Of a stretch of 64,000 bases of DNA, positions 48,503-60,691 are shown piece after piece (the stretch's first letter is position 1; the number at the start of each line of letters is the position of its first letter). The stretch is from an uncultured Chloroflexia bacterium (GTDB lineage Bacteria; Chloroflexota; Limnocylindria; Limnocylindrales; CSP1-4), in contig CAVYBU010000030.1 of NCBI GenBank assembly GCA_963766735.1, positions 1 to 64,000 of the forward strand. The letters run 5' to 3'. The notes beneath the pieces were generated by a model. It was not told the DNA's origin and did no database searches. It saw only the letters and a program-made list of their open reading frames with translations. The position numbers and the translations under genes were made by a program.

Positions 48503-51262
48503 ATGGCGGGTCGAGCGCTCCTCATTCGAGCCGAACCGGGTTTCAGCCTCCCGGCCTTTGAGCGTGCCGCCCCCCCACCCCCGCCGGCGCTCCTCACCGC
48601 CCGACTGGACGCGGGCTCTGTTCCGGGAGATATCGTCCTGGACCCGTTCGGCCGCGGTGGCTGGGTGGCGCGGGCCGCCATCGATCGCCAGCGCAAGGCA
48701 GTCAGCATGGAGGCCGGCGCACTCGACCGCCTCCTCGCGGAGGTCGTTCTGCGACCGCCGGACCTGCGCCACTTCGACGCTGCGATCCAGGCCATGGCCG
48801 CATCCGCACGTCACGAGACCAGCCTCAAGCAGTGGATGAGCGACCGCTACGCGAGCCGCTGTGCCACCTGCGACCGGCCGATCGTCCTGGACGAGGTCAC
48901 CTGGGCCGTCGAGTCCACCGACGAGGATGGGCGCCCGGCCGGCCCGCGTCCCATTCGCAAGCACTACCGCTGCCCCGTTTGCCGGGACCAGTTGGGCGGT
49001 GGCGAGCAGCGTCAGGCACCGCTCGACGCCGGAGACGTGCGCCTCGCAGTGGACCAGGAAGGCAGCGAGGTCCGGGACTGGCTCCTGGACCGCTTCCCGG
49101 TCCTCGAGGGGGGCGAGCTCCTCGGCCACGAGCTGCTGGATCTCCATACGACGCGCCAGCTTGCGGGGCTGGCCGCCATCCTGGAGAGGATCGAGGGTGA
49201 CCTCCGGGCAGAGTCGATCGTCGCGGCGATGCGCCTCGCCCTCCTCCATGCCATCGCCCCCGCCAGCCGCCTCGCGACGTCTGCCGGGCGTGTGGCCCCG
49301 CTGAAGATCATCCAAGGTCACGTGAAGGCCCCCGGCGGTGCCACGTGGCGGGAGCGCAACCCGTGGCTGGCCTTCGAGGATGGCGTCCGGGTGGTGCGCG
49401 GCTTCGTGCAGCGCCTGGAGAGCGGCGCCTGGGGGCCCGTTCCGGCGCGCCTCGGCGAGGACCTGCGGAGCCTGACGGAGGGCGCCGCGACCGTGGTCCT
49501 GAAGCAGGCGACTCCCGCGGCGTTCGGGGCCCTGGGTCTGGAGATGGAGCGCCTGGCGGGGACGGCGATTCGCCCGCGCGTCCGGCTTGCACTTGGCACG
49601 GCCCCGCTGAGGCCGACCGTGGACCGCCTCGCCTGGGCCTACCACGGCGCCGCGTGGGTGCTGGGCCGGGAGGCCGCCGCGACGCTGCCGCTGGAGCCCC
49701 TGTTCGGGCCGGGCGTCCGAGCCGGCTGGGGCTGGCAGGCGACAACGATCACGCGGACCCTCCGCGGGATCGAGCCGGTGCTGGCGAAGGACGCGCGGGT
49801 CGTCATCCTGCTGGAGGGCGACGGCCCGGAGTCGCTGGTCGCGAGCGTGCTTGGAGGCGTCACGGCCGGCTACCGGCTCGCGGCCGCGCGCCTGCCCGAG
49901 GCCGGCCGTGACACGGGTGGCGTGGTGGAGCTCGTGCCCCCCGGATCCGGCGCCGTCCCCGGCGGGCCCAGGACCCGGGCCAACGTCGGCCTGCCCGCCG
50001 TCACCGGCGGAGCGGGGGACCTGGACGTGGTCCCCTCGACCCGGCTGTTCGCGGCTCCGGAGCGCCGCGTCAACGCGCCGTTCTCGTCGGAGGACGCCGC
50101 CCGGGCCGTGGTGGAGGCGACCGTGGAGGTGCTCAAGCTGCGCGGTGAGCCCGTCAGCTTTGGCGGGCTCCTGGGTGAGATCCTGGTGGGCCTTGACCGG
50201 GCCGGTCATCTCCGTCGCCTCGTCCGTCCGCCCGCCCCTCCGGCCGACGTGACTCAGGACGCGGTGACCGCGACGGACGCGCCGCCGCCACCGCCTCCGC
50301 CCGCCGGCAGCCCCGCAACGCCGCCTGCCGCCCACGGGCCCTCACCCGGACCGTCGCCGGTCCGGCCGCCGGCCCACGCCGACCACGTGGACCGCCTGCT
50401 CGGCCTGGTCCACGACGCCCTCGCGGGAGCCGATGGCCGGCGCCTGGCCCAGGTGGCCGAGGATCGCTGGTGGCTGGGGGAGCGGGGCGATCGCGAGGCC
50501 GCGGCCGTTCCCCTTGCGGACCGCGTTGAGTGGGCCGTCTACAGCCTCCTGTCCACCGCGGGACCCCTGTCCGAGGGCGCCTTCCTGGACCGGGTCGCCG
50601 GGCTGTTCACCGGCCCGGACCTCCCGGACGAGGCGCTCGTCCGGGCCTGCCTGGAGAGCTATCGGAGCATGGCTTCCACCCAGGATCGCCTCGTCACGAC
50701 GGACGACCTCGCCACTCGCACGCGGGAGCACGGCGAGCTGATCGCGACCCTGGTGGACATCGGCCATCGCCTGGGCTTCTCCTGCTGGATCGGCGCACGC
50801 CAGCAGAACCGCCAGTGCGGCGACGGGCGCCTGTCCGACCTCCTCGACCACCGCGAGATGTCGGGGCCGCCGTCGATGGGCCGGATCCGGGCCGATGACC
50901 TGGAGGACGTCGACGTCATCTGGTACGTGCGCGGCCGTGCCGCCCTCGCCTGGGAGGTGGAATGGACCGCGATGGTGGGCGAGGCGATGCTCCGTCGGCA
51001 TGCGCGCCTTCCCCTCGACGAGCGCCTGGTCCGGATCCTGACCGTCCTGCCGGAGCGGGCCGAGCTGGTGCGGCACAAGCTGGAGCGCAGCCCGCTCCTC
51101 AGGTCGGCGCTCGAGGACGGTGGCTGGCACCTGGTGAAGTCGAACCACATCCGGGACTGGGCGGATCGGGAGGTCGTGGCGCTCGCGGACCTTGAGTCGC
51201 TGCTGGGCCTGGACCCCGCGGTGGAGCGCACCGGCGACCAGCTGTCGCTCTTCAGCGGCTGA
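48503..51262 (+). CDS. Degenerate DNA methyltransferase-like protein with Zn ribbon and C-terminal PD-(D/E)XK-like domain
   Basis: VLDPFGRGG (motif I-like), CATC/CPVC, TAPL in the apparent DPPY position, DVDVIW...WEVE. Confidence 0.6.
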   Translation: MAGRALLIRAEPGFSLPAFERAAPPPPPALLTARLDAGSVPGDIVLDPFGRGGWVARAAIDRQRKAVSMEAGALDRLLAEVVLRPPDLRHFDAAIQAMAASARHETSLKQWMSDRYASRCATCDRPIVLDEVTWAVESTDEDGRPAGPRPIRKHYRCPVCRDQLGGGEQRQAPLDAGDVRLAVDQEGSEVRDWLLDRFPVLEGGELLGHELLDLHTTRQLAGLAAILERIEGDLRAESIVAAMRLALLHAIAPASRLATSAGRVAPLKIIQGHVKAPGGATWRERNPWLAFEDGVRVVRGFVQRLESGAWGPVPARLGEDLRSLTEGAATVVLKQATPAAFGALGLEMERLAGTAIRPRVRLALGTAPLRPTVDRLAWAYHGAAWVLGREAAATLPLEPLFGPGVRAGWGWQATTITRTLRGIEPVLAKDARVVILLEGDGPESLVASVLGGVTAGYRLAAARLPEAGRDTGGVVELVPPGSGAVPGGPRTRANVGLPAVTGGAGDLDVVPSTRLFAAPERRVNAPFSSEDAARAVVEATVEVLKLRGEPVSFGGLLGEILVGLDRAGHLRRLVRPPAPPADVTQDAVTATDAPPPPPPPAGSPATPPAAHGPSPGPSPVRPPAHADHVDRLLGLVHDALAGADGRRLAQVAEDRWWLGERGDREAAAVPLADRVEWAVYSLLSTAGPLSEGAFLDRVAGLFTGPDLPDEALVRACLESYRSMASTQDRLVTTDDLATRTREHGELIATLVDIGHRLGFSCWIGARQQNRQCGDGRLSDLLDHREMSGPPSMGRIRADDLEDVDVIWYVRGRAALAWEVEWTAMVGEAMLRRHARLPLDERLVRILTVLPERAELVRHKLERSPLLRSALEDGGWHLVKSNHIRDWADREVVALADLESLLGLDPAVERTGDQLSLFSG

Positions 51263-51352
51263 CCTCGGGGACGGGTACGCTGGTGAACGTTCGATCGGCC
51301 GCATGGGTCGCCTGCCCTGCGGCTGAGCTCTCCTAGCCTGAGGGTAGCCTCC

Positions 51353-53035
51353 GTGACCGACGCCGCACCCGTCCCGTCTCGCATCGACGAGATCGCCGAG
51401 CGCTTCTGGGAGGACTTCCTCCGGCTCAATCCGACGACGGCCACCGTCTACGGCGACGACCGCTACGACGACGTGCTCGAGGACCCCGGACCCGCCGGGC
51501 GGGCCGCCGTGCGGGCGCTCTTCGAAGGTGCGAACCGCGACGCCCAGGCCATCCCCGAGGACGGCCTCCCGGTCGAGGACAGGATCACCCGCGACATGCT
51601 CCGGATCGTCGCCGAGACGGTCGTCGAGGCCGATGACCTGGGCTTCCACGAGATCCGAGAGGTCGACCAGATCGACAACCCGATGACGGGGATGGCCCAG
51701 CTTGCCCAGTTCCAGAGGGCGGATACGCCGGAGCGCCTGGAGAAGTGGCTGGCTCGGCTCCGCGCCTACGGGCCCTACGTGGACGCCCGGATCGCCGTGA
51801 TGCGCGACGGCGTGGCGTCGGGCCGGACGCCGGCCCGGATCGTGGCGGAGCGGCTCGTCGACCAGCTTCGTCCCACGGCGTCGCTGCCGGCGGACGAGGC
51901 GGTCCTGACCGTCCTGTCACGGGTCGCCTCGGACGGGGATCGCGCCCTGGTTGCCGAGGTCGTCCGCGACGTCGTCCTGCCGGCCGATCGCCGGTACCTC
52001 GAGGTCCTGGAGCGGGAGGTTCTGCCGGCCTCGCGCGACGTACCCGGGCTCGTCTCGGCCCCCGACGGCGATGCCCTCTACCGGCACGCCATCCGGTCGT
52101 GGACCACCATGGACGCCAATCCGTCTGATGTCCACCAGGTGGGCCTCGACGAGCTGGCGGCGATCGACCAGGAACGGCGTGACATCGCGCGTGTCGAGGG
52201 CTACGGCGATGTCGCGGCCTACCGGCTCGCGCTCGCCACGGACCTGGCCAACCAGGCCCCGACGCAGGATGCGCTGGTGGCGCGGGCCACCGAGGACATT
52301 GCCCGCGCGGCGGCGGTGGCCCCAACGATGTTCGGGCGCCTGCCGCGGGCCGGCTGCGAGGTCCGCCCGGTCGAGGCGTTCAAGGAGCAGAACGCGCCGT
52401 TCGCGTACTACTACCCGCCCGCCCTGGACGGGTCCAGGAGCGGTACCTACTACGTCAACACCTACGACCTGCCCAGCCGGACGTACTCCAAGCTGGCGTC
52501 CACCACGTACCACGAGGCGATCCCGGGTCATCACTTCCAGATCAGCCTGGAGATGGAGCACCCGAGCCTCAACGTGTTCCGCCGGCTCGGCGCCCGGCTC
52601 GCGGGGGGCGCCTACGTGGAGGGCTGGGGGCTGTACGCGGAGCGCCTCGCGGACGAGCTGGGGCTCTACCGGAGTGCCGCCGAGCGGTTCGGAATGCTCG
52701 AGGCCCAGGCCTGGCGCGCCTCGCGTCTCGTCGTCGACTCCGGGCTGCACGGCCTGGGCTGGTCCAGGCAGCGGTCGGTGGACTGGCTCCTTGCCTCCGG
52801 CCTGTCCGAGACCGACGCCAACATCGAGACGGACCGCTACATCGTCTGGCCCGGCCAGGCGCTCACGTACATGCTGGGTTTTCGCGAGATCCGCCGCCTC
52901 CGCCGCGAGCTCGAGGCCCGCGATGGCGACCGGTTCGACCTGAAGCGCTTCCACGACGAGCTGATCGGACACGGGTCGCTGCCCCTGGCGACGCTCGCCC
53001 GCCAGCTACCGCTGTGGGTGACGCCCGCGGAGTAG
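51353..53035 (+). CDS. DUF885 family protein
   Basis: AYYYPP, HEAIPGHHFQ, YVEGWGLYAE, RLVVDSGLH, PGQALTY. Confidence 0.93.
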   Translation: MTDAAPVPSRIDEIAERFWEDFLRLNPTTATVYGDDRYDDVLEDPGPAGRAAVRALFEGANRDAQAIPEDGLPVEDRITRDMLRIVAETVVEADDLGFHEIREVDQIDNPMTGMAQLAQFQRADTPERLEKWLARLRAYGPYVDARIAVMRDGVASGRTPARIVAERLVDQLRPTASLPADEAVLTVLSRVASDGDRALVAEVVRDVVLPADRRYLEVLEREVLPASRDVPGLVSAPDGDALYRHAIRSWTTMDANPSDVHQVGLDELAAIDQERRDIARVEGYGDVAAYRLALATDLANQAPTQDALVARATEDIARAAAVAPTMFGRLPRAGCEVRPVEAFKEQNAPFAYYYPPALDGSRSGTYYVNTYDLPSRTYSKLASTTYHEAIPGHHFQISLEMEHPSLNVFRRLGARLAGGAYVEGWGLYAERLADELGLYRSAAERFGMLEAQAWRASRLVVDSGLHGLGWSRQRSVDWLLASGLSETDANIETDRYIVWPGQALTYMLGFREIRRLRRELEARDGDRFDLKRFHDELIGHGSLPLATLARQLPLWVTPAE

Positions 53036-53118
53036 GTCCTGGCGATGCGTGCGAGCCCGCCCCGGGTGACGCCCGCCGGGCAGCCGCGCCGATGCGGCGC
53101 TACCGCGACCGGGCCTGC

Positions 53119-54534
53119 CTAGCTGTCGAAGCCGATCCCGACCGCGTCCATCGCGCGCAGGAACCAGCTCCGGCGGCCCGCGTGATCGTCGGCGGAGATG
53201 ACGGCGCGACGCATGAGCTCCACCGTCGGGGTCCGCAGGGGCTCCGGCGGGATCGGCAAGGGCGAGGACCGCACGAACCGGAGATCGAGGCGCGGCGAGT
53301 CCGGTCGCAGCACCAGGTCCCGCAGGATCCCGCCCCCCCAGCGGGCTGCCCCGACCCCCAGGCCGGTGTAGCCCAGCGCGTAGTGCACGCGCCCGCCCAG
53401 CGCCTCGCCGAAGGTGACGGAGAACCGCGTGGTGGTGTCGATCGCCCCGCCCCACCGGTGCGTGTAGCGGATCCCGGCCAGCTGCGGGAACGCGGCCTCG
53501 AAGTTGGCGGCGAGCTTGTCGAACGTCTCCGGCCGCTGGTCGTGTGCGGGGAGCACCTGGTTGCCGGGGTGGTACACGGCGTCGTAGCCGCCCCACAGGA
53601 TCCGGTCGTCTGCGGACCGGCGGAAGTAGTGGAACTGGTTGCCAGAGTCCGACATGCCCTCGCGGCCGGCCCAGCCGATCGAGTCCAGCTGGGAGGCGGA
53701 CAACGGCTCCGTCATGAGGACGTAGTCGTAGATCGGGACGAACACCGGGACCAGGCGGCGCATCCAGCCGCTGTACGCGGAGGTGGCCACCAGCGCGTGC
53801 GCCGCCTCGATGCGCGCGCCGCCCTGGATGTCGATCGTCACGCCGCCCGCCCGGCGCCGGATCCCGGTGACGCGCGACCCCTCGTGGATGGCCGCCCCGC
53901 GCCGCTCGGCGGCCGTCGCCAGGCCCCAGGCCAGCTTCGCCGGGTTGACCAGGACGCAGTGCTCCGGGCCGGCCCGGAAGCCCGCCAGCCAGCGCGGTGA
54001 GTGGACCTCGGCCTGGATCGCAGCCCGGTCCAGGAAGCTGAAGCCGCTGCCGTGGCGATCCCCCAGCTCCACGTAGGCGGCCAGCTCCGCCACCTCGTGC
54101 TCCTGCGTCGCGACGCCCAGGGTCCCTGTGGCCTCCAGTTCGGCATCGATGCCCTCGTCGCGCACGAAGGCCACCAGATCGGCCAGGTTCTGCTTCCCCT
54201 CCGCCTCCAGGACGTCGATCTCCTCCGGGTGGTGGAGCAGACCGTTGGACAGGCCGTGCGTCAGCGAGGCCTCGCAGAACCCGCCGTTCCGCCCGCTTGC
54301 GCCCCAGCCGACTCGGTCCGCCTCCAGCACGGCGACCCGCAACGAGGGATCGGCGTCGAGCAGGGCGATGGCGGTCCAGAGCCCGGTGAACCCACCCCCG
54401 ACGATGGCGATGTCCACGCGGCTGTTCCCCGACGCGGGGGCGCGGACTGGTCCGGGGTCGCCGCTGGCGAACCAGAAGCTGCCGCCGGCCGGTCCGGGGC
54501 CTGATCCGGTAGGGGTGCCGGCGGGGGTGCTCAT
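53119..54534 (-). CDS. FAD-dependent oxidoreductase (DadA/PuuB-like)
   Basis: GGGFTGLW, GASGRNGGF, NQFHYFR, GYTGLGV. Confidence 0.9.
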   Translation of the reverse strand: MSTPAGTPTGSGPGPAGGSFWFASGDPGPVRAPASGNSRVDIAIVGGGFTGLWTAIALLDADPSLRVAVLEADRVGWGASGRNGGFCEASLTHGLSNGLLHHPEEIDVLEAEGKQNLADLVAFVRDEGIDAELEATGTLGVATQEHEVAELAAYVELGDRHGSGFSFLDRAAIQAEVHSPRWLAGFRAGPEHCVLVNPAKLAWGLATAAERRGAAIHEGSRVTGIRRRAGGVTIDIQGGARIEAAHALVATSAYSGWMRRLVPVFVPIYDYVLMTEPLSASQLDSIGWAGREGMSDSGNQFHYFRRSADDRILWGGYDAVYHPGNQVLPAHDQRPETFDKLAANFEAAFPQLAGIRYTHRWGGAIDTTTRFSVTFGEALGGRVHYALGYTGLGVGAARWGGGILRDLVLRPDSPRLDLRFVRSSPLPIPPEPLRTPTVELMRRAVISADDHAGRRSWFLRAMDAVGIGFDS

Positions 54535-54624
54535 CGCGCTGACACTGTACGCGGATCTCTGTCTCCGTGGCTGATTGACGTGCGCATTTCGTACCTGTAT
54601 CGGTCATCGGGGACGATATTCGTG

Positions 54625-54683
54625 TTGACGCCCGCGACGGTGCTGTGGCACGATCGGGCTGAGTTGTTGCATAGCCCGCAACA
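54625..54683 (+). promoter_or_regulatory. Sigma70 promoter followed by a palindromic operator (candidate IclR box)
   Basis: TTGACG-18 nt-CACGAT (54625-54654), then TGTTGC-N7-GCAACA (54665-54683). Confidence 0.6.
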
Positions 54684-54780
54684 CACGTCCTATGAGGCGC
54701 CTGTCGCGGGCCCCCGTACGTCGCCGCCAGAACTGCGGAGGCGGCCCGTCAGGGCCGCGGGGTCGAAGCCTGGAGGCATC

Positions 54781-56154
54781 ATGACCGCCGAACCCGCCGC
54801 GCGCCCCACCCCTACCCTGGACCGCCGGCGCCAGCTGGAGATGTACCGCCGTGCGATCGAGACGCTTCCCGGTGGCACCAACTCGAACTTCCGGGCCTGG
54901 GGCGAGGACACCATCTACGTCGACCGGGGCAAGGGCGGCCTGGTCTGGGACATCGACGGCAACGAGTACATCGACCTCCGGATGGGCTATGGGCCGGTCG
55001 TGCTCGGGCACGGTGACGATCGCGTGGACGACCACGTCAACGAGCGGATGCGCCGGGGCGTCAGCTTCTCGATCACGAGCGAGGACGAGGTCCGCGCGAT
55101 GGAGCTCCTCAAGGAGCTCAATCCCTGGGTGAAGAAGGCGCGGATGACCGTGTCCGGCACCGAGGCGACGATGCATGCCATGCGCGTCGCGCGGGCCTAT
55201 ACCGGCCGCACGAAGATCGTGAAGTTCGAGGGCCAGTACCACGGCGTCCACGACTACGCGCTGATCAGCGTCGCGCCCAGCAACATGGCCGATCTGGGCG
55301 ACGAGGACAACCCCGTTGGCCTGGCCTGGGGTCGCGGGATTCCGGCCGAGATCGCGAAGACGATCATCCCGGCCCGCTACAACAACATCGAGCGCTTGCG
55401 GGCGCTGTTCGAGCGGCAGGGCGAGGAGATCGCCGCGGTCATCGTGGAGCCGGTCCTGGGGAACGCCCAGGGCATCATGCCCAAGCCGGGCTTCCACCAG
55501 GCGATGCGGGCGCTCACCGAGGAGTTCGGCATCCTGCTGATCTTCGACGAGGTCAAGACGGGCTTCCGGTTCGCCCGGGGCGGCGCGGCCGAGTTCTTCG
55601 GCATCACGCCGGACCTCGCGACCTACGGCAAGGCGCTGGCCAACGGCTACCCGACGGCGGCCTTCGGCGGGCGCGAGGAGGTCATGAGCGTCCTCCCCGG
55701 CAGCGTCAGCCACGGCGGCACGTACGCGGGCAACCGCGTCGCCGCGGCCGCAGCGACCAAGACCATCGAGATCCTCCGGGACACGGACGCGCTCGCCACC
55801 ATCCGAGCCACCGGCGAGCGGATCCAGGTCGGCCTCCGGAGCCTCCTGGACGCCAAGGGGCTCGCCTACAACATCACCGGCCATCCGTCGATGTTCGGGA
55901 TCATGTTCACAGAGCACGTGGCGTCCGAGTACCGCGACTGGGCGAACACGGACCATGCCCTCTACGACGCCATCGCCGTGGGGATGCACGCCCGTGGTGC
56001 CATGCCGGAGCCGGACAGCCGCGAGCCCTGGTTCATCTGCGAGGCGCACGCACAGGGGGACACGGTGGACCGCGTGGTGTCGATCTTCGGCGATTCCCTG
56101 GATGCAGCCCTGGAGCTCAAGGCCCGTGGTGAGTTGGATGCGTCCGCTCACTGA
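54781..56154 (+). CDS. Class III aminotransferase (GSA-aminomutase-like)
   Basis: GGAGG RBS; DIDGNEYID, SGTEATM, FEGQYHG, IFDEVKTGFR, GKALANG, HGGTYAGN. Confidence 0.9.
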   Translation: MTAEPAARPTPTLDRRRQLEMYRRAIETLPGGTNSNFRAWGEDTIYVDRGKGGLVWDIDGNEYIDLRMGYGPVVLGHGDDRVDDHVNERMRRGVSFSITSEDEVRAMELLKELNPWVKKARMTVSGTEATMHAMRVARAYTGRTKIVKFEGQYHGVHDYALISVAPSNMADLGDEDNPVGLAWGRGIPAEIAKTIIPARYNNIERLRALFERQGEEIAAVIVEPVLGNAQGIMPKPGFHQAMRALTEEFGILLIFDEVKTGFRFARGGAAEFFGITPDLATYGKALANGYPTAAFGGREEVMSVLPGSVSHGGTYAGNRVAAAAATKTIEILRDTDALATIRATGERIQVGLRSLLDAKGLAYNITGHPSMFGIMFTEHVASEYRDWANTDHALYDAIAVGMHARGAMPEPDSREPWFICEAHAQGDTVDRVVSIFGDSLDAALELKARGELDASAH

Positions 56155-56179
56155 CGCCCCGCTCCAAGGTGACCTTCGC

Positions 56180-56950
56180 ATGACGTTCGACGGGAGCGCG
56201 GTCCGATCCGTCGACCGCGCTGCCGCCCTGCTGCTCGCCCTCGGGGATTGCGCCGGCGAGGCCGGCGTGACCGACCTTGCCCGCCGCCTGGGCTTGCACA
56301 AGTCGACCGCGTCGCGCCTGCTCGCGACGCTCGAGAAGAGGGGCCTCGTGGAGCAGGACGAGGAATCCGGCAAGTACCGCCTCGGCCTCATCGTGATCCG
56401 CCTCGCCGAGCGCGCGGAGCGCACGCTGGACCTCCGCGTCATCGCGATGCCGGAGCTGGATCGTCTTTCCCGGGTCACCCGGGAGACCACCGGGATCGGG
56501 GTGCTTGACGGCGACCAGATGCTCACTGTCGCCCAGGCCGATGGGCCCAACCTGGTCGCGATGGGGGACTGGACCGGCCGGGCCGCTCCGCTCCACTCGG
56601 TTGCGGCGGGCAAGGTCCTGCTCGCGTCCCTCCCGGAGCGGGAGATCATGCGACTCGTTCGGCGCGGCCTGGCCCGGTGCACCGAGCGGACCATCACGCA
56701 GCTGGAACCCCTCCTGGAGGATCTGGCCCGGGTCCGCCGGCGCGGCTACGCGACGGCGTTCGGAGAGTTCAAGGACGGCCTGAACGCCATCGCCGCCCCC
56801 GTCCACGACGCGCGCGGCCAGGTGATCGCTGCCGTGGACGTATGGGGTCCAGCGTTCCGGGTGACGCCGGGCCGGATCCCGGAGATCGCTGGCCACGTCC
56901 GCGAGGCCGCGGGCGCGGTGTCGGTGCGCCTGGGTGGAACGCCGGCCTGA
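56180..56950 (+). CDS. IclR family transcriptional regulator
   Basis: VRSVDRA, GLHKSTASRLL, AAGKVLLA, RRRGYA, IAAPV. Confidence 0.94.
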   Translation: MTFDGSAVRSVDRAAALLLALGDCAGEAGVTDLARRLGLHKSTASRLLATLEKRGLVEQDEESGKYRLGLIVIRLAERAERTLDLRVIAMPELDRLSRVTRETTGIGVLDGDQMLTVAQADGPNLVAMGDWTGRAAPLHSVAAGKVLLASLPEREIMRLVRRGLARCTERTITQLEPLLEDLARVRRRGYATAFGEFKDGLNAIAAPVHDARGQVIAAVDVWGPAFRVTPGRIPEIAGHVREAAGAVSVRLGGTPA

Positions 56951-56982
56951 GCTCCGCGGGCCTGCGCTAGGCTAGGCGTGCC

Positions 56983-57930
56983 ATGAAGATCCCCCCCGAC
57001 CTCGAGGAGCGCCTGCTCGAACTGTTGCAGGATCCGATCCTGCCGATCCTGCTGATCATCCTGATCGCGGCGATCTTCATCAGGATCGTGCACGTGGCGA
57101 TCCGTGGCCTGATCAAGGCGCTGCTTGACCGGGAGTCCACCGAGGGCACCGCCCGGGAGCTGTCCGCGGTCGAGATCGGGAAGCGGACGGAAACGCTGGA
57201 CTCGCTCGGCACGGGCGTCGCCCGCCTGTTCATCGCGGTCATCGCTGGAGTCATGATCCTCGGCGAGCTCGGCCTGAACATCGGGCCCGCCGTCGCCGGG
57301 CTCGGCGTTGTCGGGATCGCGGTCGGCTTCGGCGCGCAGAGCCTGGTCCGGGACTACCTCAACGGAGCCCTGATCCTGATCGAGAACCAGTTCGCCATCG
57401 GGGACGTGGTCACGATCGCGGGCGCAACCGGGACCGTCGAGGATTTCAGCCTCCGACGAACCACCCTGCGAGACCTGTCGGGCGTGGTCCACACGGTCCC
57501 CAACGGTGAGATCCACGTGGCCTCGAACAGCACCCGCACGTGGGCCCGGATCAACGAGCACATCCAGGTTGCCTACAGCACGGATATCGAGCGGGCCATC
57601 GAGGTCGTCAACAGGGTGGGCCGGCAGATGTACGAGGATCCCGAGTGGCGGCGGCGGGTCATGGAGGCCCCAAGCGTGCTGCGCGTCCAGTCCCTGGACG
57701 AGTCGGGCGTGACGCTCAAGGTGACGGGGACGGTGCGAGCCTCCGAGCAGTGGGCCGCTGCCGGCGAGTTGCGCCGGCGACTGCTCGTCGCGTTCAACGA
57801 GGCCGGGATCGAGATCCCGTTCCCGCACCGGGTGATGATCTCGCAAAGAACGCCGGCCGGCACCGTCGACGGGACGGGGGCGCTGGCCGCGGCCGAAGGT
57901 GATGATGCAGACGACGGGGAACCCGATTGA
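56983..57930 (+). CDS. MscS family mechanosensitive channel
   Basis: GIAVGFGAQSLVRD, ENQFAIGD, GTVE, VPNG, GIEIPFP. Confidence 0.93.
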   Translation: MKIPPDLEERLLELLQDPILPILLIILIAAIFIRIVHVAIRGLIKALLDRESTEGTARELSAVEIGKRTETLDSLGTGVARLFIAVIAGVMILGELGLNIGPAVAGLGVVGIAVGFGAQSLVRDYLNGALILIENQFAIGDVVTIAGATGTVEDFSLRRTTLRDLSGVVHTVPNGEIHVASNSTRTWARINEHIQVAYSTDIERAIEVVNRVGRQMYEDPEWRRRVMEAPSVLRVQSLDESGVTLKVTGTVRASEQWAAAGELRRRLLVAFNEAGIEIPFPHRVMISQRTPAGTVDGTGALAAAEGDDADDGEPD

Positions 57931-58001
57931 GGCGTCTCCGCCTTGGCCCCGCCCGACGGGCGCGTAGAATGACCCGACCCAGGAGCTGAGCGGAGGGACA
58001 G

Positions 58002-59973
<1,972 letters not shown>

Positions 59974-59977
59974 CCGC

Positions 59978-60640
59978 GTGCCGTTCGGGTTTCTCAAACG
60001 CAACAAGCCGGACGAAGCGGCCGGCGCTGCGGAGCGGGTGCCGTCCTCGGCAACCCGCCCTGCCGGGGCGGTCCGAGGCGTGGCGTTCACCGCCCTGACC
60101 GAGGACTGGCGACTGCGCGGACGGATGCAGATCCCGGGCAGGTTGTCGGATGCACTCAACAAGCGGGACGCGATCGACATCACGGATGTCACCTGGGGAC
60201 CGCCCCAGGACGCCGGTGCCCTGGAGCCCGCACCCGGTCTGAGGTCCGTCGACCCGTACGATCTGATCCTGGTCACGGCGGGCGAGGACAGCCTGCCGCC
60301 GTTGACCGACGCGGAGCGGGCCGCGCTGAAGAGCCACAAGGTGGCGTACGACGTCGCCCTCGAGGTGCCGCCGTTCCGTGTGATCGGGACGGTCTACCTC
60401 CATCCGGGGTCGGAGCCGGATCGCCTGCTTGACCGGTCGAGCGAGATGTTCGTCCCGGTGGTGGACGGCGTCGCGAAGCTCGGCGACGTCGAGGTCAGTG
60501 ACCCGGAAAGTGAGGTGATCCTCGTCAACCGGTTCTATCTGCGGGGCGTCGTCCAGGTGGACAAGCGGACGGGTGTGCCGCACGTGAAGCTTCCAGGCTC
60601 GCCGCTGGGTGGGACGAGCTGGCAGGACCGCACCCGCTGA
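59978..60640 (+). CDS. Hypothetical protein with an internally duplicated beta-rich domain
   Basis: Two similar halves ([16 protein letters not shown] / [18 protein letters not shown]); GAGGA upstream of GTG 59978. Confidence 0.7.
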   Translation: MPFGFLKRNKPDEAAGAAERVPSSATRPAGAVRGVAFTALTEDWRLRGRMQIPGRLSDALNKRDAIDITDVTWGPPQDAGALEPAPGLRSVDPYDLILVTAGEDSLPPLTDAERAALKSHKVAYDVALEVPPFRVIGTVYLHPGSEPDRLLDRSSEMFVPVVDGVAKLGDVEVSDPESEVILVNRFYLRGVVQVDKRTGVPHVKLPGSPLGGTSWQDRTR

Positions 60641-60691
60641 TCGTCCGGGGAAGAGTCCGGGAGGTGGCCCGGCCCTGGGAGGCGTCCCGAC

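Noticed and set aside
54781-56154. Assigning the symbol hemL
   Set aside because: The catabolic context and absence of hem genes make the assignment unsafe.
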